Part shown: positions 34,601-48,100 of the stretch, piece by piece
Numbering within the stretch: the first letter of the stretch is position 1
Layout of the letters: each line of letters begins with the position of its first letter
Assembly (NCBI GenBank): GCA_002269645.1
Contig: NIVC01003000.1
Location: forward strand, 1-64,000
DNA: 64,000 nucleotides
Direction: 5' to 3'
Origin: Macrostomum lignano
Lineage: Eukaryota
The notes under the pieces: model-generated
Seen by the model: the letters and a program-made list of their open reading frames with translations, nothing else
Told to the model about the DNA's origin: nothing
Databases searched by the model: none
Program-made: the position numbers and the translations under genes

Positions 34601-36386
34601 TTGGAACGCCCCTTGCATTGCTTCTAACCCTAAAGTGCCCACTGTGCACCTTTTGTTCACCTTTTTTGCTTCCAATGTAAACTGTGCACCTTTAATGCAC
34701 CTAATCCCCTATGACACCTGTGCCCCTACCGCCTATTTCGTGCCTTAAATTCACCTTCTGACCCTGCAGAGGCACTCAGGTGAACACGCGGCGCACAAGT
34801 GGAACAAAATGGGCATAAAAGAGGCGAAAGTGAGGCAGAAGGTGCAAAACTCGTCACCTTTCATGCCTACTTTAAAAATCAAAATCCAACGGGAGAAAGC
34901 AGATAGCATTCAGACTGTCAGCCAGCTAATAGGCATCCTTCAACAATCTGTTCCAGTCATTGCCAGTGTCCGAGCGCTTGTCCGAGCGCGTGTTCCCGGC
35001 CATGATGAGCCGGAATGCGCCGGACAAATTTGAGCAGGACAGCTGCAAATTTCGGATGCAGAAGAGCAAGGAGGGCACCGGGCGCATCGTGATGTACAGG
35101 CTCGGCATTCGCTGCGCCTACACCATGGAGGCTACGTTCTGCGGCTCCACCCTGGGCGGCCTGGCCGGCTTCCACTTCACCTGCCGCCACCTGGAACAGA
35201 TGGGGGCGCACCTGTGCGACTCGATGCTGGATTATTTTGATCCCAGTGGGGCCAAGGTGAGAGGCTGGATGAAATCTTGCTGCCGTGGCGGAAGTAGGGT
35301 TGATGGAGAGGGCGGAAGGAGGGTTGAAGGAGAGGCCGGAAGGAGGGTTGAAGGAGAGGCCGGAAGGAGGGTTGAAGGAGAGGGCGGAAGGAGGGTTGAA
35401 GGAGAGGGCGGAAGGAGGGTTGAAGGAGAGAGCGGAAGGAGGGTTGAAGGAGAGGGCGGAAAGAGGGTTGAAGGAGAGGCCGGAAGGAGGGTTGAAGGAG
35501 AGGGCGGAAGGAGGGTTGAAGGAGAGGGCGGAAGGAGGGTTGAAGGAGAGGCCGGAAGGAGGGTTGAAGGAGAGGGCGGAAGGAGGGTTGATGGAGAGGG
35601 CGGAAGGAGGGTTGAAGGAGAGGGCGGAAGGAGGGTTGAAGGAGAGGGCGGAAAGAGGGTTGATGGAGAGGCCGGAAGGAGGGTTGAAGGAGAGGGCGGA
35701 AGGAGGGTTGAAGGAGAGGGCGGAAGGAGGGTTGAAGGAGAGGGCGGAAGGAGGGTTGAAGGAGAGGGCGGAAGGAGGGTTGAAGGAGAGGGCGGAAGGA
35801 GGGTTGAAGGAGAGGGCGGAAAGAGGGTTGATGGAGAAGTACATGGAAAAGGATTGAATGACACAAAAGCATTGATAACCAGTTAAAAAGTACATCCTCA
35901 TAAATTTACTGAGCATTTTACCGAACAACTGAGTTTTTGGATCAGCACAAATAAAGTTTGTATAAATTGCAGTAAGTACAAGTGTACTTTATCCGAATTC
36001 TGTTTATTGTGGTGACACAATAGGAATGGCTAAATACACCAATTAGTAATCGTCAACTTTTTAAAACCTTTTTTAAGTGCTACACTCGTTTTGTACACCA
36101 CTGACTATCAGGAACTGCATTAATTCATTGAGAAATTAACTACTTTCCTGTTTAAACTACTTGTAGTAGCACAGACTAAACACTGCTGCTTACGCCTGCA
36201 GCCTGCTGTACACTGGCGTAAATAAAAAAAAATTATATTCGTAAAAGCTATTATAGAATATCAGCTTTCAGTAGCCTTTAAGAAAATGCTTAGCCATCTG
36301 CATCTTTAGTTAGTCTGCTTCATCCAACACTGGCTTTGGGTCCGTTGCGGTGCTGTCAAAATCCATGTGCTGTGTGTCTGCCTGCC

Positions 36387-36461
<75 letters not shown>

Positions 36462-36511
36462 GTGTCTGTGTGTCTGTGTGTCTGTCTGTCTGTCTGTCTG
36501 TCTGTCTTAGA

Positions 36512-36602
<91 letters not shown>

Positions 36603-36622
36603 AGTCTGTCTGTCTTAGCACC

Positions 36623-36707
<85 letters not shown>

Positions 36708-36710
36708 TAG

Positions 36711-36767
<57 letters not shown>

Positions 36768-39121
36768 GCCTGTCTGCGCCGGCGCCGCCCGACCCATCCG
36801 TCTCACCATCCTCCTACCCCCCTCCCCCGACAACAGCGGGATCGCATCCTGAGCGAGCTGGAGCGCAGGCTGAGGGTGCAGATTCTCATAAACCTGCAGC
36901 GCTCCGGGCTGGCCGCAGAGCTATCAGACCCCGAGCAGCTGGACCTCGCCAACCTGCCTGACATCGTCGCGGCGGACGGCTCCGCCGCCGACGATCCTGA
37001 AGAAGTCGGCGACAGTTCGGACGACGGCGGCTCGGACAGCTCAGTGTCGGACGGCTTGCCGGCGCACTTTGAGTTCATGCGGAAAGCGGGCGGCCCAGCC
37101 GGAGGTCGCGGACTCGGCGCGAGCGGCCGCCGGAAGAAGCGGCGCAGCCGGAAGGAGTTGGCGGCCGCTGCTGGCGCCGTCGCGCAGCGTCGAGTCTCAA
37201 AGGCGACAGCGGTGAGTGCGCAAGTCCTTGGCGGTAGGAATGAAAGATTTTGGCAAACAGTCACAAAGATAGACACAGACAGACAGACAAAAAGACAGAC
37301 AGAAAGACAGACAGCCAGACAGACACAGACAGAGGCACAGACAGGCACAGACAGACACAGACAGGCACAAACAGACACAGACAGACACAGACAGGCACAG
37401 AAGACACAGACAGGCACAGACAGACACAAACAGGCACAAACAGACACAGACAGACACAGACAGGCACAGACAGACAGACAGACACAGACAGGCACAGACA
37501 GACACAGACAGGCACAGACAGACACAAACAGGCACAGACAGACACAGACAGGCACAGACAGACACAGACAGGCACAGACAGACACAGACAGACACAGACA
37601 GGCACAGACAGGCACAGACAGACACAGACAGGCACAGACAGACACAGACAGACACAGACAGGCACAGACAGACACAGACAGACACAGACAGGCACAGACA
37701 GACACAGACAGACACAGACAGGCACAGACAGACACAGACAGGCACAGACAGACACGAACAGGCACAGACAGACACAGACAGGCACAGACAGACACAGACA
37801 GGCACAGACAGACACAGACAGACACAGACAGGCACAGACAGGCACAGACAGACACAGACAGGCACAGACAGACACAGACAGACACAGGCAGGCACAGACA
37901 GGCACAGACAGACACAGACAGGCACAGACAGGCACAGACAGACACAGACAGGCACAGACAGACACAGACAGGCACAGACAGACACAATGCTACAAGCCAT
38001 GCAGGCAGTTTGACACCCTATGAATCCGTGAACAGCCCAGCAATTTTGCCGCATCTTGCAGGGCTCAGCAGCTCCGGCAGCCAAAAGGCCGATATTTTGC
38101 GACCACTGCGGCAGCGCAGTACGCAATCCGGGTTGTTGCATGTTGCATTATAATTGCTTTTGCGTTAACAGAATGCGATGCTTGCTTCTAACAAATCATT
38201 CTTTCTTCATGTGCGAGCGTAGTTAACGGGACGATCTTGAAAGCGCAAATTGAAGAGCCGAATTTAAGATGCTGAGCAAGTTTAGAAACCTAACTCAATG
38301 GCTGTAGGCGCTAGTGTCTAACAATTTTTTTACCGGATTGATTTAATATTCTAAGCATTTCTGCAACTCGCTACTGGCAGTAGCCTTCGGTTTGAAAGTA
38401 GTGGAAAGCTACATGCACTTTTCCGCAGCGTTGCACGCACAGCCAGCAGCCTACTGGCGACAAGTCGGTCCCGTCGGCGCCAGGTAGCCGGCAAAAGTCT
38501 CGGGCGTCGCAGCAGGCCAATCGCGGCGATGCCATCACTATGGCGACAACACCGACGACTTCGGGCCAACAGCCACAGCCGGGCAGAATACGGAGCGCCG
38601 TGACCGTGGAACGACTCGACGAAGGGCTGAAGGTGAGCGCGGAGCTTGATGGCGGTGAGCGAGGTGCTGAGTGAGTGGAGAGGATACTCCCAGGTGCTGA
38701 GTGAGTGGAGAGGATACTCCCAGGTGCTGAGTGAGTGGAGAGGATACTCCCAGGTGCTGAGTGAGTGGAGAGGATACTCCCAGGTGCTGAGTGAGTGGAG
38801 AGGATACCCCCAGGTGCTGAGTGAGTGGAGAGGATACTCCCAGGTGCTGAGTGAGTGGAGAGGATACCCCCAGGTGCTGAGTGAGTGGAGAGGATACTCC
38901 CAGGTGCTGAGTGAGTGGAGAGGATACTCCCAGGTGCTGAGTGAGTGGGTGCTGCTCCATCCAGATTGAAAATCGCATATGAATATGAATATACAGTTAC
39001 TGAAATATTCTTTGCCTGTCCATCAGCCGGTCGCATCGGATCCAGCTATTCAAACTGCGACGGCGGCCGCATCTGCGGCTGTCTCGGTAGGCCACGGGTG
39101 CGAGTCGCCACAGAACGTTCT

Positions 39122-39154
<33 letters not shown>

Positions 39155-40461
39155 ACCGCAACCTCCGAGAAACTCCATCGAACTCTTGGAGGTCGAAGCG
39201 CAGCAGCAGCAGCAGCAGCCGCAGCCGATGGCCATAAAGCCTCATCACCGGCTGCTGGAGCAGAGCCGACCTGCCCAAAGAACGATGCACTATGGTAGGC
39301 TATTTTTGAAAATAAATTTTCCCACACTTGGTGGCCTTGCTGGTCAAGTTTCATGGGTTTAGAGGATAATCATGGGTTTTTGGTTCAGGGTAACCATTGG
39401 TGCTGGGTTCAGGGTAACCATTGGTGCTGGGTTCAGGGTAACCATTGGTGCTGGGTTCAGGGTAACCATTGGTGCTGGGTTCAGGGTAACCATTGGTGCT
39501 GGGTTCAGGGTAACCATTGGTGCTGGGTTCAGGGTAACCATTGGTGCTGGGTTCAGGGTAACCATTGGTGCTGGGTTCAGGGTAACCATTGGTGCTGGGT
39601 TCAGGGTAACCATTGGTGCTGGTTCAGGGTAACCATTGGTGCTGGGTTCAGGGTAACCATTGGTGCTGGGTTCAGGGTAACCATTGGTGCTGGGTTCAGG
39701 GTAACCATTGGTGCTGGGTTCAGGGTAACCATTGGTGCTGGGTTCAGGGTAACCATTGGTGCTGGGTTCAGGGTAACCATTGGTGCTGGGTTCAGGGTAA
39801 CCATTGGTGCTGGGTTCAGGGTAACCATTGGTGCTGGGTTCAGGGTAACCATTGGTGCTGGGTTCAGGGTAACCATTGGTGCTGGGTTCAGGGTAACCAT
39901 TGGTGCTGGGTTCAGGGTAACCATTGGTGCTGGGTTCAGGGTAACCATTGGTGCTGGGTTCAGGGTAACCATTGGTGCTGGGTTCAGGGTAACCATTGGT
40001 GCTGGGTTCAGGGTAACCATTGGTGCTGGGTTCAGGGTAACCATTGGTGCTGGGTTCAGGGTAACCATTGGTGCTGGGTTCAGGGTAACCATTGGTGCTG
40101 GGTTCAGGGTAACCATTGGTGCTGGGTTCAGGGTAACCATTGGTGCTGGGTTCAGGGTAACCATTGGTGCTGGGTTCAGGGTAACCATTGGTGCTGGGTT
40201 CAGGGTAACCATTGGTGCTGGGTTCAGGGTGGGGTAAGGGCAAAGCCAGGGCATGTTGCGGATGTGCATATAAACTGTATTACATCCCATGACTCGCCAA
40301 TCAAACAAAACAACTCATCGAAATTCGCCACAAAGAGCCGTCCAGCCTGATGCGGATTTTCTCCTATCAGCGGCCCAACGCGGTGTCGCACAACTACCGC
40401 TTGGAGACCATCGAATACCTGCTGGCTAGCACTGCAGGTGGTACTGCGTACTTTACTAGTG

Positions 40462-40554
<93 letters not shown>

Positions 40555-40560
40555 TTGCAA

Positions 40561-40592
<32 letters not shown>

Positions 40593-43500
40593 AGCCAGCT
40601 GCAATAGTAGCCACATAAGCATATCTTACTTTTATTCGCAAAGTTTTTTATTACCGACATCGAATGCAATTAGCCATTTAATAGATTTCGTTCTGCATAA
40701 AGATATTTATAGATAACGAACTGCTCCCAAAAAACAGACCCTGAAAGGTATATGTAGAAATTAGTGTTTGCTTCGTACTGTTAGAATTAAAAATAGAGGT
40801 ATAAATTTCAGTGCCTCGAATAATATTTGAAACTTGAAATTCATTCCAGATTCTGAGCAGACCAGCCTGACCGATCAGCCGCTCGGTCCCGCCTCTGCGC
40901 TCAGCCGGGCGGTGTCGCTAGACGAATCGAACAGTAGAATCGGCGGCCGAAGATCAAAGGCAGCCGCGGCGACGGCGGCCTCGGCAGGCGGTGCGGCCCA
41001 GCCGGCAGCCGCTCTGCAGGGCCAGCCTGGGGTGCCGTCGCTGGCTGCGGCCGCCGCCCTCACTGAGTCAGTTGATTCGTCGAGTGAGCTGGAGACTTCT
41101 GAGTTAATTTTGATGATTGAATGGGATTGACGAAGGGAGAGGGCGGATCGGAGGATTGAAGGAGAGGGCGGATTGGAGGGTTGAGGGAGAGGGCGGATCG
41201 GAGGACTGAAGGAGAGGGTGGATTGGAGGGTTGAAGGAGAGGGCGGATCGGAGGATTGAAGGAGAGGGCGGACGGATTGGAGGGTTGAGGGAGAGGGCGG
41301 ATCGGCGGATTGAAGGAGAGGGCGGATCGGAGGATTGAAGGAGAGGGTGGATTGGAGGGTTGAGGGAGAGGGCGGATCGGAGGATTGAAGGAGAGGGCGG
41401 ATTGGAGGGTTGAAGGAGAGGGCGGATCGGAGGATTGAAGGAGAGGGCGGATTGGAGGGTTGAGGGAGAGGGCGGATTGGAGGGCTTAGGGAGAGGGCGG
41501 ATTGGAGGGTTGAGCGAGAGGGTGGATTGGAGGGCTTAGGGAGAGAACGGATTGGGGGGTTGAGAGAGAGGGCGGATTGAGAGTTGAGGGCGGATCGAAG
41601 GGTTGAGAGAGAGGGGGGGATTTGAGAGTTAAGAGAGAGGCCTGATTGGAGGATTGAGGGAGAAGGCGGATTGGAGGGTTGAGGGAGAAGGCGGATTGGA
41701 GGGTAGAGGGAGAAGGCGGATTGGAGGGTAGAGGGAGAAGGCGGATTGGAGGGTAGAGGGAGAAGGCGGATTGGAGGGTAGAGGGAGAAGGCGGATTGGA
41801 GGGTAGAGGGAGAAGGCGGATTGGAGGGTTGAGGGAGAGGGCGGATTAAGTGCGGCTTGGTTGGAGTAGGGTGTCTGTTGTATTGGCTAAAGAGGACAGC
41901 TCAGAAGTAGACCATTTTAATTCGAATTTTCAGGTCTTGCAGGCTTCAGCAGATTCCAATTCTTTGGTTAGTAAATTCAGTAGGACACTTATTTAAACAA
42001 ATGCCTCCCTGCGCCATCTGCAACTGAATAGTAGCGATCTATTCACCTTCCGTGTCAACCCACCTGAAGCTGGTTGAGCACTTACTTATGTAGCATCTTT
42101 AGAGAGTTCGTAGACTCTCATCAATGTAGTATTTTATTTTTCATAAGAGTGCAATTTAGCCCGACATTTTATACATCATGTAACCATGTAGATGGTGTTG
42201 TGATTTACATAGTACTGTGCCTTTTCAATAGTTGCTGTAGTAATAAATCTGGCTTTGCACGTGTAGATTACTGATGATGTGGGTCAGACAGTCTCTGCAC
42301 TAAGAAATGAGATTCATGATGATATTGAGATGAGATTCACGGAACAGGTGATGAGATCCAAATGGGCATAGGATTTAGGAGACCGGTGGATGAGATTCAG
42401 CAGAGAGATCAATGAGATTCAGCAGAGAGATCAATGAGATTCAGCAGAGAGATCAATGAGATTCAGGGGACACATGATGAGATTCAGGGAACACATGATG
42501 AGATTCAGGGAACAGGTGATGTGATTCAGGGGACAGGTGATGTGATTCAGGGAACAGGTGATGAGATTCAGGTGACAGTTGATGTGATTCAGGGAACAGG
42601 TGATGAGATTCAGGGAACACATGATGAGATTCAGGGAACAGGTGATGAGATTCAGGGAACACATGATGAGATTCAGGGAACAGGTGATGAGATTCAGGGA
42701 ACAGGTGATGAGATTCAGGTGACAGTTGATGAGATTCAGGTGACAGGTGATGAGATTCAGGGGACAGGTGATGAGATGATGAAATTCAGGCAGCTGTTTC
42801 CCACAACCCGCAGACACCCGCCTCCTGGCATCAAACCGGGTGCGCATGCGGCACCGGTTGCCGGGACACCGGGTCGGCCCTCCGACCGCCGTCACCCTCG
42901 CCACCTCGGGCCCCGGTGCCCCAGCCGAAGCGTCGGTTCCCAACAGCGTCGCTCAGACGGCCACGACAACAATGGCGACGACAAACTGGCGGAGTCTTGT
43001 CGCAGCGACACCCGGACCCAGCTCTGTTCTGTCAGCAGCCGCGGCAGCCGAGACGGTGGCAGAAGCTTCAACAAGTGGCTTCAAGACTGCTGAGTCTCCG
43101 GCCGTTCGATCAGGTGACGAGCCCGAGCCAGCCGCAGAGCAGCTGTTGCCAAACAGAGTGGAGTCGGGAAGTCCCGCGCCGCTCTTCCAGCAATCAGCGG
43201 CTCAGCAGCAGCGGGACGCTCAGCCGCTGTCGGCCCCGAAGTCGCCGCCGATGGTCCCGGCATCGTCAACGGCAGAGACCATCAAGACGACCATGGGAGT
43301 GGATGAGGTCATGACAGCGGAGGCGTCCAGCTGCTCAGAGACCGGGCCTTCGAGTCACTCGAGCCCGAAGCAGCAGCAGCATCAGCGGCGGCCAAGTCAG
43401 TGGCGACAGCCGCCAGTGGGTCAGGAGATCGCGCAGACGTTCAGCCAGCCGACTGTGGTGCTCAGCAGCGGCAACAAGCCACCTGTGCCGCAGCTCGCCT

Positions 43501-44419
43501 CCGGCCAGAGCAGGTGACTGATAGAAGCTGCACTGTTCACAGATAGTCTGACATTCACATTCACAGTCTCGTATGTACAGAAACAAACCCAGTTACAGAT
43601 CCGACACACATATGCAGTCACGCATTCGCAGACAGTCACGCATTCACAGACAGTCATACATTCACAGACAGTCATACATTCACAGACAGTCATACATTCA
43701 CAGACAGTCATACATTCACAGGCAGTCATACATTCACAGACAGTCATATATTCACAGGCAGTCATACATTCACAGGCAGTCATACATTCACAGACAGTCA
43801 TACATTCACAGACAGTCATACATTCACAGGCAGTCATATATTCACAGACAGTCATACATTCACAGACAGTCATACATTCACAGACAGTCATACATTTGCA
43901 GACAGTCATATATTCACAGTCAGTCATATATTCACAGACAGTCATACATTCACAGACAGTCATACATTCACAGGCAGTCATACATTCACAGACAGTCATA
44001 CATTCACAGACAGTCATACATTCACAGACAGTCATACATTTGCAGACAGTCATATATTCACAGTCAGTCATATATTCACAGTCATACATTCACAGTCAGT
44101 CATATATTCACAGACAGTCATACATTCACAGTCAGTCATATATTCACAGTCATACATTCACAGTCAGTCATATATTCACATACAGTCATACATTCACAGT
44201 CAGTCATATATTCACAGACAGTCGTACATTCACAAGACAGTAAAAAATTCACAGACAGTCATATTCGCCGCCCACAGGCCGGCCACTATCAGCCTGCAGA
44301 TGCCGGCGCCCCGCCAGTCACCGGGCGCCAGTCTGTTGGTGCCGCGCTTGCCTGTGGCGGCCGAGGCGGCCCGCCGTCTGTCACAGTTCCGGGCCACCCG
44401 ACGCAGCCAACATCCATGA
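28611..44419 (+). CDS. AGBL2: Cytosolic carboxypeptidase (tubulin deglutamylase, M14D), CCP2/CCP3 (AGBL2/3) type, ~1305 aa
   Basis: 21 phase-compatible GT-AG exons: 28611-28676, 28927-28981, 29102-29215, 29307-29368, 29470-29540, 29613-29695, 30061-30125, 30219-30346, 31296-31428, 31946-32067, 32969-33389, 33748-33987, 34957-35256, 36837-37211, 38429-38632, 39027-39294, 40336-40437, 40850-41083, 41934-41966, 42814-43513, 44278-44419 (3918 nt). Motifs [15 protein letters not shown] (AGBL2-like N-terminus), [63 protein letters not shown]. Exons 15-21 rest on splice and phase fit only. Confidence 0.88.
30360..31020 (+). repeat. 33-bp minisatellite (TGTATCTGATCTAGAGAGAATCTGTAGATCATT)
   Basis: 11-aa periodicity. 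Confidence 0.92.
31601..31765 (+). repeat. (AGTC)n microsatellite
   Basis: Read directly. Confidence 0.97.
32525..32946 (+). repeat. 43-bp minisatellite CAGTTATCCCAGCTAAACCGGCAGTTATATTCTAGACAATTAG
   Basis: ~10 units. Confidence 0.95.
35295..35837 (+). repeat. 24-bp purine-rich minisatellite GGAGAGGGCGGAAGGAGGGTTGAA
   Basis: 8-aa periodicity. Confidence 0.96.
36375..36776 (+). repeat. (GTCT)n microsatellite
   Basis: Ends just before the exon at 36837. Confidence 0.97.
37270..37985 (+). repeat. ACAG/ACACAG/GGCACAG compound repeat
   Basis: Complementary in composition to the (GTCT)n array upstream. Confidence 0.95.
38660..38947 (+). repeat. 30-bp minisatellite GAGGATACTCCCAGGTGCTGAGTGAGTGGA
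   Basis: ~10 units. Confidence 0.96.
39380..40229 (+). repeat. 24-bp near-perfect minisatellite GGTTCAGGGTAACCATTGGTGCTG
   Basis: ~35 units, one 1-bp deletion near 39620. Confidence 0.97.
40445..40570 (+). repeat. (ACT)n microsatellite
   Basis: Read directly. Confidence 0.95.
41133..41850 (+). repeat. 24-bp minisatellite GGAGAGGGCGGATTGGAGGGTTGA
   Basis: Same family as 35295-35837. Confidence 0.93.
42390..42790 (+). repeat. 21-bp minisatellite GATGAGATTCAGGGAACAGGT
   Basis: 7-aa periodicity. Confidence 0.93.
43600..44262 (+). repeat. 18-bp minisatellite CATTCACAGACAGTCATA
   Basis: 6-aa periodicity; stray copy at ~44665-44700. Confidence 0.95.
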
Positions 44420-45103
44420 CTGGACAGGCCCTTGAAGCAATAGAATTCTAATAGACTGTATTGGTTTGATGACTTTAAAAGACTTCCTAATTAATTCGAC
44501 CGTAGAGTATTAACTGGGGGAAGGTCATGAAGCAGTGTCTGTCAAGCAGCCGGGTATTGTGTGTACAAATTCACAAATAATTTATCAGAGAATAAATAGA
44601 CAACAAAATCTAATATCAGATTTCTATTTCTGTACTTGTATTCTAAAAAAACAAAAGTAAATGCTGATAGTCATATATTCACAGGCAGTCATACATTCAC
44701 GTCCGTTAAGTCATAATCGGGTATAAAATCAAATTGATACATACGCTCCTATATCCGGGTACTAGTACTACTATAGGCTCCCGAAATGTTCCTTTTTGAA
44801 GGTGGGCTGGGTGTCCGATCGATATTGGATTCCCCTTCCATTGGCTGTCGCCCACTCCCTGTACCCTACCTCCCCCCAGCCCAGTCCCTCTCGCCCTTCC
44901 AACAGCGCCTGTCATAGGCCTCCCGGGGAACAAAGGCTTCCTTGGCCAAAGGCCTCAGGCCCTCGTGATTTATACAAATAACTCCTTCAAAAGGCATGTT
45001 TAATCTGATACACAATAACAAAGAGTAAATTTTATTTTTCGATGCAAGCAAAACACCGGGAAACTGTTTAACAAATAAATTGTATGTTAAGCAGTTAATA
45101 CCA

Positions 45104-48100
45104 GTTTTAACAAGAGATTCTTAAGAACTGAGAACTCAGCACTTGGCGGCTAGCCTCGCAATTGACAATCGTAGCAGAACAAAATCACCAAGGGGGTACG
45201 CGCAGTCTACTCTTGAGCTAGGTATATTTATTCTCAATATAATATATGGCGGGGTTGACACAGGCTTTAGCGGGGGTTGTAAGTGTGCATGACTTGCAAT
45301 GTACGTTATAACAAATCAATATGGAGGCGGTGAGAAAAGGTGGCGTGAGGCGCGGAGGGTGGCAGGTCCACTAGGCGAAGCATGAGTATAAGTAAAAGTA
45401 CAGACGTACAATCAATAAGAAACCTTCACTCTTCAATCCATACCTCCCTTCTTGGCATGAGCACATGCCAACAAAACAAAGAGCACCTCGAACAAAGATC
45501 TTAAAATTAAAACATTCAATTATTATAGTACCGCGTACTTTTCAGGAAAAAAAGTTAAATCGCTAGGATGCAATACGCTCGACAAAATGACAAAGTGAAA
45601 ATAGGATCAAATAATTAGGTTAGTAAACGAATCACGGGGATGCGATAAATATTCGAACTGAATTAGCAAACGGGATTGAACAGGCTTGCTAGAGTCCATC
45701 TCACGGCATAGAAAGCTATGCGTCGGCCTGTCCTCCGGCGCCATTTCGATCTGGAGGTACATCTCGGAGATGTCACAAGCCACAGCCGCTGCATCTCTCC
45801 TGAAGCGAAGCAGAACGTCAAACAATTCTCGCTGAAGCTTCGGCCCTGGGAAGACCAGAGAGTTTAACGACTTTTCGTTCCCGCCCGCCGAGGCATCGAA
45901 GACGATTCGAACCTTTGTCGTCAGCTTGTCGAATCGAATAATCCGAAAATGCGGCAGAAAACACCTGGCTGTGAACCCCTCTACTGCAACGTGCCGAATG
46001 TAGCCTTGTTGCTCTAGGCATGCTTGGTATTGCTTTGCCACCTCCAGATCCTTCTTCAACCGGGTCTCCGTGTTACAAAGCTGTATGATCGCCATCCCAT
46101 CTCAAGCGAACTTTCGCCTCTGGCTTCCACGGAATTCCCATCTGGTATCGGCCGTTTGTTAGCTTTAATGAAGACTTGGCTTGCTCGACTGCAGCTTGCT
46201 CATCCGCTGTCCAATTTTGATCTTGAGCTGGCCGGATTTCTTCGACCTCCCAGAACTTGCGCAGCACTGGTGACAGCATCTCCTCGCTGGTGACACAGAA
46301 AAAGGTGCTGAACAAGTTTGTCTGATGCTGAATCTGTTCTACTGGACCCACACCTGTCCATCCAAGGGGAGTCAAACGTGCCTGTGGCTCCCCAGGGCCA
46401 CCGCGAACTTCTCGGTAGGACACATGTAACTCCGCATGATGCACTCCTATCAGCAGGGCTATGAGATGCGGTGCATGGAGCTGAGGAAATGGAATACGCT
46501 CCAGATGTTTCCAATCCACTGCTGTCGTCTGCCAATCCGTGGCCTTCAGCTTCCGGTGACGCTGTCTGTCGTGAATGCCGTGATCGGACGACTCAGACTT
46601 CCATCTACACTTTCGAGCGTCATCGTAACCGGAGCTGTCAAGAATGTATCTGTCTGTCCGTTCAAAACGTTCACTTTCACTCGCTCCACATTGCCCTCCA
46701 GTCCCAGAGCTTCAGCAATCTCCGCATTCACATACGTCCCTGTACTCGCGTCGTCCAACAGTGCGTTCACCTTCACTACACGGCCGCCTGCCTTGAGAAC
46801 TACTGGAACTGTTCGCAGCGACGTTGCACTTCCACTTCCTGCCATCATAGTTACGGCGGCTCCTTTGCGACCCGACTCAGCGCTCTTTTTGCCTCCTTCG
46901 GCCGGAGAATTCTTCTTCGACTCAGTTTTTGCAGCCTCGTCAGAATGCAGCAAGCGGTGGTGAAACTTGTTGCATTCACCGATTCCACATCGGCGTCCAT
47001 GACGGCATATCCGAGCAGCATGACCGCGAGCTAAGCAGCAAAAGCATGATTTCGAATCTTGCGCAGCCTTCCACCGATTTTCAATTGACAGCTGTCTAAA
47101 TGTTGGACACTTCCACAGCTCATGTTGATCTTGACACAGCATACAAGATTTTGACGGAGACGCTTGTTGATGATCTGCAAGAAACGTTTTGGACCGCGTC
47201 TCCTTCTTAACCTTCTCTTCACTCGTCACACCGTGCGCAATCTCCATGGCTTCTGTCTGGAAAGCGGCCTCCATCAGCATCCACTCGAGTAACATCTTTA
47301 CGCTCTCTTGCCTATGTCCTTCGAATAGCCAACGCCGGTAACGCGCCACCATCTGCTCAGGGAGCTTCTTCTGCAACTTTGCGTACAACAACCTGTCAGT
47401 CAATTCTGAGACCTTACCAGACTCTTTGAGATTTACAACTGCGACATCTAACAGATTAGAGAATTGCTTAAGCTCTTTTGCATTGGTGGAGCGGATGGGT
47501 GGAAAGTTATCGAGCTCTTCAAGATACAGAGCGATACGTCGGCGGCTGCCCCCGAATTCGCGTTCCAATCTGTCTTTGGCAGCCTCGTAAGCAGCGGCAG
47601 AGTGACCCAGATGTTCGACTAATTTCAAAGCCGGCCCTTGAAGATATTGACGGAGTTGAAGCAATTTGAACTCCGGCGTGGCAGGAGCTCTATCAATACA
47701 AGCAGTAAAGGCGGCTTTCCAAGATTCGTACTGCTGCTTTTCGCCGCCGAACTTTGGGATCTCTGCACGCCGAAGCATCTTCCAAAGATCCTTTGCTAAC
47801 TCGGCTTCACCGCTGCTAGTCTGAGAATGGCCCGCCTCACTTACAGAGTCATCAATACTACTGGCACTCACAACCGGCATTGCCGTAGCCGCAATCGCCG
47901 CCGTCGTCGCCGTCGTTGCAGTCGTCGCAGTCGTCGCAGTCGCGGCAGTCGCCGCAGTGGCCGCAGTCGCCGCAGTGGCCGCAGTCGTGGCAGTCGCCGC
48001 AGTCGCCGCAATCGCCGCAATCGCGGCAGTCGCCGCAGGCGCAGCAGTCACGGCAGTCTGATGAGCAGTGATGAACTGAGTGACACATTTCATAGTGTCT

